From Eledone cirrhosa (Eukaryota), in assembly GCA_964016885.1 (NCBI GenBank), contig OZ024746.1, forward strand, positions 39,060,001 through 39,124,000: 64,000 nucleotides of DNA, read 5' to 3'. How positions within the stretch are numbered: the stretch's first letter is position 1; every line of letters starts with the position of its first letter. A program made the translations under genes and the position numbers. The notes under the pieces are model-generated. The model was not told where the DNA came from. It did not search any database and saw only the letters and a program-made list of their open reading frames with translations. This document shows positions 55,665-64,000 of the stretch, one piece after another.

Positions 55665-57072
55665 TATTAAAACATTCAGCCCTTGTGGCCAATAAATGAA
55701 ATTATTATTAATAAAACATAAAAATGCAAATAATGTCCAAATTTTTCTTTGGACCACCAAAATTTTGTCTCGGACCACCGGTTGGCTACCGCTGCACTAG
55801 AATATTTACAAACATCGGAATAGATACGGATGGATTGCCTTTGATTGTGGACTTTCTCATCCAGGAAATAACAACAACTCGTACCACTCTTAGTATATTT
55901 AAGGGTTCTGCCGACAAGAGTTGACCATGAATCTGCATCTAGAAAGTTCCTCTCTGAACACAGATTAGGACAAAATATTTTTAAATAGAAGATCAGCAGT
56001 TGCTATGCAGCATGTCCCCCACTCTCTACGCCAGAAATGTTGTCCAAAAGAAAGGCAAGGGTCAATGTACCTGGAAATAATGGCGCAGTAAAGAGCCGGA
56101 ACAAATACCCTGAAGTATTTTGCCCCACTTTCTAAAAACTTCATGACTGATATTTGATTTTATTGATCCTGGAAAGATGAAAAACTAAATTGGACTCAAC
56201 GAGATTTGAGCTCGGAACAGAAGAAACTGAACAAATACCACAAGGTATTTTGTGCAACATTAACAACTTTGCCAATACACAGCCATTAGTAGTGTTCAGT
56301 GACGCATGTCACAAAAAGGAAATGAGATAACTATCATCCAGAAAGATTCTTTTATTGATAATATTTTGACCTTAAGCTCCATCAAAATAGGGAATACTGT
56401 ATCTGGTTATCTCGGGTGTAAGGTAAATTACATTTACAATATGTTCTTCACTACCAAACCAGGACCACGAGAGTCGGTTGCATGTCTTGGTAGATTGGCA
56501 ATATCGGTACGGCGTCAGACACCATGCTTTGCAGCATAGAGTTACGGCCCTTTATGATCTGAGTTCAAATCCCGCCGAGGTTAACTTTGCCTTTCATCCT
56601 TACGGGGTCGATAAAATAAAGTACCAGTAATGCACTGGGTAATTGCTGGCCTTGTGCCCAAAGTAGAAACAATTATTATTATTATTATTGTTTGTAGTAG
56701 TAGTAGTAGTAGTAGCAGCAGCATCAGTAACAGGAGGAGGAGGAGGAGGAGTTGCCCGTAACTGATGTTGCTATTTATAAGATATATTACAAACAATTTT
56801 ACACAACGCAGAAGAAAAGATTCTCACGGAAAGAAGCTTCTGTTATATGAGAGATAAAGACAAGTGTATTATAATCTTATATCCGTATTTCAAGATGACA
56901 ATTATTACTTTAAGTGTTTTTGATCCGCTTTATTCGTGAACATTTTGGACTCGACACTCCTTTAATATATACACACTTTAATATATACACACTTTAATAT
57001 ATACACACTTTTCAAGTATCAGGACAGCCAATATTGTGTATCATAGAATGTCTTGCTTCCAACTGCGCCGCC

Positions 57073-57429
57073 ATAAACTATGACTCAAAATACTTTAACC
57101 CTTTAGCATATAAACTATGACTCAAAATACTTTAACCCTTTAGCATATAAACTATGACTCAAAATACTTTAACCCTTTAGCATATAAACTATGACTCAAA
57201 ATACTTTAACCCTTTAGCATATAAACTGGCCGTATACGGCCAGAATTTTCTCATCTCTTACTGTTCAAACCAGCTGTAACCGGCTCCGCATATTGATGTT
57301 AAGGTATTGTTCTCAAAATAAATAACATCAAAATCTCGTAGATATGATATGTGAGATAATTATAAGGTAAAGTCTTTACTGTGAAAATATAATAGTAAAC
57401 GTAGAATAATGTAAATTCTAAAGAGTTAA
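57073..57429. repeat. 37-bp minisatellite (x4) overlapping the end of a TTAA-flanked piggyBac-like MITE (~57206-57429)
   Basis: tataaactatgactcaaaatactttaaccctttagca x4; TTAACCCTTTAG / CTAAAGAGTTAA termini. Confidence 0.6.
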
Positions 57430-57998
57430 ACAAAGAATTGGCCAGCAATAAGGTATCATGTGATAAAAGGGCATCACCGTTAGAAATTGATGAAGTATGA
57501 AAGAAGATATCCGTCACAGTTGCAGACCTGCCAACCTCTAAATACCTAAACGAGGAGTATCATGAACAAAAGTGCCCCAAATGGGGAGATTTTACACAAT
57601 TGTTTCTACTTTTGGCACAAGGCCAGCAATTACCCAGTACATTACTGGTACTTTACTTTATCGACCCCGTAAGGATGAAAGGCAAAGTTGACCTCGGCGG
57701 GATTTGAACTCAGAATGGAAAGGGCCATAACTCTATGCGTCAAAGCATGACGTCCGACCCTAATGAAAGCTATGCCCATTTTCACAAGAGAAGACATCTC
57801 TCATCCACCGCAAAGTGGGTGGGAGATCTCTCCGTCAGATGGAGGAGAGTTGACAGGTCTGAAGTTGGTATGTCCGGTGAGGTAGATGGAGGACTAAACG
57901 CATCTAATAAGTGGCGGGTGGAGACGATTATTCAACACCTGGGAGTACGTGAATTATTGGCGGATATAAGAATGAAAACTCACTACTGGAGTAGAGTT

Positions 57999-58139
57999 TA
58001 AATATTCATTTATTATGGCTACTTGTTACTCTGGAGTTTCACCTGCATATTCACCAGACAAGACTAGTGATCCTGTGAGTGCTCAGGTAAAACTTAAGAG
58101 TAACAAAGCTCACCAATAGCCATAATAAATGAATGTTTA
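57999..58139. repeat. Hairpin/MITE-like inverted repeat
   Basis: taaatattcatttattatggcta / tagccataataaatgaatgttta. Confidence 0.6.
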
Positions 58140-59275
58140 TATATATATATAGATGAATAAATTGGGTATAATACTAGTTTCTTACCAAATGCGAAGAAGC
58201 TCGATCTATTAACACATTAGGAAAGGGCAGAGAGCATCATTTAAAAATATATATATATATATACAGTGGAACTGGGGGAGAGGTCATGCCCCCCCCCTCC
58301 AATAATTATATTTTCTCCCCAAACTACCCAAACACCCACCTATTTCGATATGCGCTACAATTTATGTACACGTTATGTTTATCGCATATCGAAGTTTTCT
58401 GACCATTAAATTAATCACTACAACTAAATTGTCCAAATTTGTCCTCCCCCTATTCAGAAATGCTTCCACCGCCCCTGATAAAACAGATGACACGAGAGCT
58501 TTGTTGTCTTGTTGTGTTAAGATCGATTTCTCGCAAGAAGACGGCTTGTCACTGTATTATACTTACAATGTCAGAGTATAAAGTCCTAGCTTATGTAATA
58601 ACACCAACACTAGTAGTATCAATAGCAATTAGGACAACACTAATAACTTTAGCGATGTTACTAATAATAACCTTTCCTGAAACCACAAATTTTTTAAGTG
58701 AATTAGTTTCCGCTGTAGAAATTCTCAGAATTTTTCAGAAGTTTATCCTTAGATCTACAACCAGGGCCGGATTAAATGTTTTTGGGGACCTAAGCGATTA
58801 AAAATAATGGTGCCCACTCCCCATATTTTAAGTTTGCAAAAAGAATTTTGGGAGAAATGACAAATACAATTAAATTGAATAACATTCTGTCAGGAGTTGC
58901 GACCGGTAGATAGTATCAGCAATGGAAAGACCAATGGAAACATTGTTTCCTTGGTTCGATTTGACGAGTTCCACCTGACTCGGTTAGCGAATAAGGTTGG
59001 AATTATGTCGATCAAACTTCATGCTACCTATGAATAAAATGATGCCCCTCCTCCCCTCATGTCATAAGCATATGCTTATGTTGCTGGATGGTAAATCCAA
59101 CAATGTCTACAAGGCTTACCACTGAAAATCCATGGTCGAAAATGACAATAATAATCTATTAATTAGGCTCCTATATTTAGATTCATAGAGGATAATAACA
59201 GCAATATTAATAAGATTAATGTTAACCACAATAAGGAGAATCAAACGTACTATAAACAACAAGGATGATGTTTAC

Positions 59276-59342
59276 CTTGAATATTATCCAACGGCATCAC
59301 ACACGACAAGGTAAGACATAGAGCGACATTGTATAACGTCAT
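59276..59342 (-). CDS. Membrane-protein gene, coding exon 1: signal peptide MTLYNVALCLTLSCVMPLDNIQ(A)
   Basis: ATC-ATG, hydrophobic stretch, CAAG|gtaaac donor, phase 1 fits the 55259 acceptor; ttatag acceptor 11 nt before the ATG implies an upstream UTR exon. Confidence 0.65.
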
Positions 59343-59869
59343 GATGGTATGTCCTATAATTAAATGAAGAAATCGACTTTAGATGACACTCCAGACGTGT
59401 TTGTCTCAATGATTTTCTGCTGATCTAATTAATATACGCATAAGTTAATGTATATATCTATGTTTGTAAGTGTATCTGTAAATCCTGTTCGTTAATAGGT
59501 TGAGAATATAAGTCAATGTTGGAAAACAGCCACACAAATAACAACCACTCAAGGTTTTGTGAAAATTAAATTTTCCGGAAAGTCGGAAAGTGGATACATT
59601 TGATAATAATCACTAGGATTGTCCACAATAAATTATGAATTTCATTAAAATCACGAGGAGTGCTTATATTATACACTTACATATACAGTGTGTCAGTGTA
59701 TATCTGAGTGTGTATGTGTGTGTGAATGTGTGAGAGAGAGAGGGGGGTGGGGCGAAGAGAGCACGTGTATGTGTGTGTTCGCATGTGATTGATTTTGTTT
59801 TCCATAGTGGCAAATTGGAATAGTAGTTAAAGCTTAGGACTATATGCCGTGTATTATTTTTGGCAGAAG

Positions 59870-61537
59870 GCAGTGGATTGGCAGTATCGGTAGAGGGTCG
59901 GACGCCATGCTTTGCAGCATAGAGTTACGTCCCTTTATGATCTGAGTTCAAATCCTGCCGAGGTTAACTTTGCCTTTCATCCTTACGGGGTCGATGAAAT
60001 AAAGTACCAGTAATGCACTGGGTAATTGCTGGCCTTGTGCCAAAAGTAGAAACAATTATTTTTGGCAGAATCGGTAGAGCGTCGGACACCATGCTCCACG
60101 GCATAGAGTTACGGCCCTTTACGTTCTGAGTTCAAATCCCGCCGAGGTTAGCTTTGCCTTTCATCTTTACGGGGTCGATAAAATAAAGTACCAGTAATGC
60201 ACTGGGGATCATTTAATCGACCCCTCCCCCCCCCAAAAAAAGGTCTTGTGCCTAAATCAGAAAGCATTATTTGTTTACGTTCAGTATCGGTAGAGGGTCG
60301 GACGCCATGCTTTCCAGCATAGTTACGTCCCTTTACGATCTGAGTTCAAATCCCGACGAGGTTGACTTTGCCTTTCATCCTTACGGGGTCGATAAAATAA
60401 AGTACCAGTAATGCACTGGGTAATTGCTGGCCTTGTGCCTAAAGTAGAAACAATTATTTGTTCACGCTCTCATCGCTTCAAGTTCAAATACAACCGCAGT
60501 CAAATTTAATTTTTATCCTTCCAGGAACGATAAAATTAATTATTAGTGTAAGAAAGTAGGCAGGCAGAAATATTAAAGCCTTCAACGAGATACCTTACGG
60601 TATTTGTTCGGTTTCTTTGCGTTCTGAGTTCAAATCCTGCAGCGACCTTCTGGTGGTCTTTTCCGAGGTTCAATTTGTTGCAATGTTTTAACCAGTCCCC
60701 AGTTTTGAGGATACCGACCTTTCACCCTCACATCCGTATCCCACCACTCAATGCTTTCTAATTTAGACACGAACCAGAAATTTGGGAAGGAATGGCCAGT
60801 TGATGACGTCGATCCAGTGCATGACTGGTACTATATTTTATCGACCCTGGAAGGATGACAGGCAAAGTTGATCCCTGTGGGATTTAACTCAGAGTGTAAA
60901 AAGCCGAAACTAAATATCATTAGGTATTTTCTCTGATATGTCTACAAAATAATTGTTTCTACTTTTGGCACAAGGCCAGCAATTACCCAGTGCATTACTG
61001 GTACTTTATTTTATCGACCCCGTAAGGTATTTTCTCTGATATGTCTACAAAATAATTGTTTCTACTTTTGGCACAAGGCCAGCAATTACCCAGTGCATTA
61101 CTGGTACTTTATTTTATCGACCCCGTAAGGTATTTTCTCTGATATGTCTACAAAATAAATTTTTCTACTTTTGGCACAAGGCCAGCAATTAAGCAGTGCA
61201 TTACTGGTACTTTATTTTATCGACCCCGTAAGGTTGAAAGGGAAAGTTAACCTCGGCGGGATTTGAACTCAGAATGGCAAGGGCCGTAACTCTATACGTC
61301 AAAGCATGGTGTCCGACCCTCTACCGATACTGCCAATCCACTGTCTACAAAATAATTGTTTCTATTTTTGGCACAAGGGCAGCAATTACCCAGTACATTA
61401 CTGGTACTTTATTTTATAGACCTCGTAAGGATGAAAGGCAAAGTTAACTTCGGCGGGATTTGAACTTAGATCATAAAGGGACGTAACTCTATGCTTCAAA
61501 GCATAGTGTCCGACTCTCTACCGATACTGCCAATCCA
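59870..61537. mobile_element. Cluster of about nine tRNA-derived SINE copies or fragments: plus-strand copies followed by minus-strand copies
   Basis: A box TGGCAGTATCGG, B box GAGTTCAAATCC, body GCCTTTCATCCTTACGGGGTCGATAAAATAAAGTACCAG (resembles the Nin/Deu SINE domain). Confidence 0.85.
60922..61232. repeat. 103-bp tandem repeat x3 spanning a SINE end
   Basis: aggtattttctctg at 60922, 61025 and 61128. Confidence 0.85.
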
Positions 61538-62179
61538 ATTCTAGTTAGCTTTTTGGTGCCCCTTGTATTAAATGTCTATGTTAACTCTGACTTAACTAGT
61601 TTTCATATAGATTCCATTTCTCCGATATGATCTTTGGGAGGACTTGAAATCAACAACACAAGCTCACAACACCTTGTTTTTAATTAGGGACTGTTCTCTT
61701 CCTACATCTGCAACACAACCTACACAATGGGAGATATAGAAAGACTAAGTAGGAATGCGTGTAATGTATGTATGGTTCCATAACTCTCCGGGGGAGTTGT
61801 AGTGACGCCACATTAACACACGACATTTCTAGATAGTTTTTTAAAGCATGGCGGCACACATACATCTCGAGGTCTGAATATGGCAGATTTCACCCAGAGA
61901 AGGATAGAGAGTGAGAGAATGGAAGTGAAAAAGAGTTATAGAGGAAAAATTGACTCCAGTACCAGACTGGTTCTTTTTTATCAACCGTGAATAGATTTAA
62001 GACAATGTTGACCTCCTGAAATCCATAGACAGTTGAAAAAAAAAAGACATTTTATGATGCCAAATTCTGCGGGGTTTTTTTTTCTTTTTGAATCATTCTT
62101 TAATCTTTCTTTCTATTTCTTCCCATTTTCTTCCCATTTTCTCTCCCTGCCCCTAATCTTTCTCATCTCTATGGACGTT

Positions 62180-62311
<132 letters not shown>

Positions 62312-62539
62312 ATGTTAAAGATCTATCTTAGCATTCAATATTATTATATTTTTTATTTAATACAAGACAAGCTTTACAGACTTACAGAGCCTAATCTTCA
62401 GGGTTTGTGACACTGTTTTCTAAAACGTCTTTATGATAGTAGTCGAATGTGAAATGTGGCTTCCAGATTTGTATGTGATCAATTAGGTGTTTCAATGATT
62501 TGTAAATATGTATGTATGTATGTAGGTATGTATGTATGT

Positions 62540-63044
62540 ATGGCGAGGGTCCTCCTATGGTGCTGACATGCAGCGTCTGTGCGAGACTCTGCCTAAGCAA
62601 AGCTGGACTCGAAAGTTATCTTCGCAGTCATAAAGTAAGACCAGTGGTTGACTACCAGGCTGCTGTTGGAGATGCTACTCATCATGCTTGCCAAACATGT
62701 GGTAGAGAATGTAAATCAGCAGGAGGGCTCAAGCGACATGCAAAAGTACACGAACTCCAACCACAGCCGACTATTCCCAGTGAATGTTTTGGTTGCCGAC
62801 TCTGTGCAAGACATTTTAGATCATTGGCTGGGCTAAAAAGCCAATTCGATCGCAGCGCTGTTAGTTGCTATCGTGTGTTTGTGTGTGTGTAGATATGCTT
62901 ATGTGTGTGCGTGTGTGTGTATATATATATGTATATGTATATCATTATTGTTGTTGTCGTTATTATTATTGTTGTTATTATTATTATTATTATTGTTATT
63001 AATGTATGTGTGTGTGTGAGTGCCTGTGTGTGTATATGTGTATG

Positions 63045-63093
<49 letters not shown>

Positions 63094-63170
63094 CTTTTTA
63101 TTTATTTATTATTTTTTTTTTTTTTCTCCTCGTGCAATGGCCATACTCGATAACGAGGGGGCAGCCATCA
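62540..63170 (+). mobile_element. 5'-truncated RTE-like 3' end with three C2H2 zinc fingers
   Basis: CSVC..LRSH, CQTC..HAKVH, CRLC..; terminus GGCCATACTCGATAACGAG..GGCAGCCATC+(TATG)n shared with the element above. Confidence 0.6.
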
Positions 63171-63219
63171 TGCATGTATGTATGTATGTATGTATGTATG
63201 TATGTATGTATGTATGTAT

Positions 63220-63513
63220 GATGTTGATTTGTTCTTCTTTTTGGTAAATATCATCTTGGTTAAGAGAGTGGGACTGGCTTTGTGCAGTGCCTTTGCTCAC
63301 TATAAAAGCTTCACGGCACAGGCATTGCTTTATATCTGGAGATCTTTCTGCACTTGTCGTCACATGGTACCATGGGCCCAGCACTATGTGTCAATAATTG
63401 TCACAAGTGTAGTGTTTGTACCAGAGTATTCAAGTCGCTGGCTGGACTAAAAAGTCACACTCGTTCAGCGCATCGGTAGGGGTTCTCCTACATGGATATA
63501 AAGTAGTGGCCGT
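63220..63513 (+). mobile_element. RTE-derived element copy (a diverged relative follows at ~63550-63950)
   Basis: Matches 8704-8995. Confidence 0.7.
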
Positions 63514-64000
63514 ATAGAGCTAGTAAACCATATGTATGTATGTATGCATGCGTGGGGGATATATGAATACTCTGTTTGGGGCCTGAGCGCACAGTTGGTC
63601 CACCAGGAGTGAGAAACCCCTAATTCTAGGAAAAGGAAAACTCTGATATAAAACTTATGACTCGATAGCTTCTAATGACATTGACTTATTCTTCTTTGTG
63701 GATATTTGTCACTGTTGTTCAGAGAGTGGGATTGGTGCAGTGCAAGGCCTTTCTTCACTTAAAAAAGGTTCAAGCACAAGCATTACTTGATCTAAACGAT
63801 TTTCACGTGTGGCCTTTTCATTTTCCTTTCACTGCAACATATGCGGACAGGAATCTAAGTCCTTGGAAGGGCTAAAAGGTCATGTTCGTACCACTAATGT
63901 ATGAGAAAAAGGTCAAGGGATGGAATTTCTGGAAACCGAGATGAAGGCAATATATAATGTACGTATGTATGTATGTATGTATGTAGGTAGGTAGGTAGGT

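Noticed and set aside
57073-57227. CRISPR-like array
   Set aside because: Contiguous 37-bp units without spacers in eukaryotic DNA.
58186-58240. Extra exon of the membrane-protein gene (gtaaga donor)
   Set aside because: No phase-compatible open frame.
62512-62892. Host C2H2 zinc-finger gene
   Set aside because: No TGEKP linkers, damaged His ligands, starts in a microsatellite and shares its 3' end with the RTE-type repeats.

Overview
AT-rich, microsatellite-dense animal DNA, probably octopus/cephalopod (inferred from the SINE, Penelope and RTE content; not verified). About 70% of the window is a near-identical duplication: copy A <1-~24200 and copy B ~26630-~46500. Each copy carries a 4-exon minus-strand gene, missed by the ORF track, that I assembled by hand: signal peptide + one Ig domain + short tail, 149 aa, apparently secreted. 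Upstream on the same strand is a 3-exon gene for a 249-aa single-pass membrane protein with a furin site, a DSGIES degron and C-terminal Tyr motifs. The rest is mobile DNA: three Penelope-like elements (RT and/or GIY-YIG, with inverted repeats), RTE, CRE and Tx1 LINE fragments, a Helitron-like element, tRNA-SINEs and MITEs. The most striking signal is the density of hammerhead ribozyme motifs. There are two retrozyme-like tandem repeats (480 and 537 nt monomers) with type I hammerheads. Three unrelated repeats also carry hammerhead cores in a non-circularly permuted strand order, best seen at 12857-12919 and 35503-35565. Most long ORF-track entries (IYIY, HTHT, CVCV) are microsatellite artefacts.
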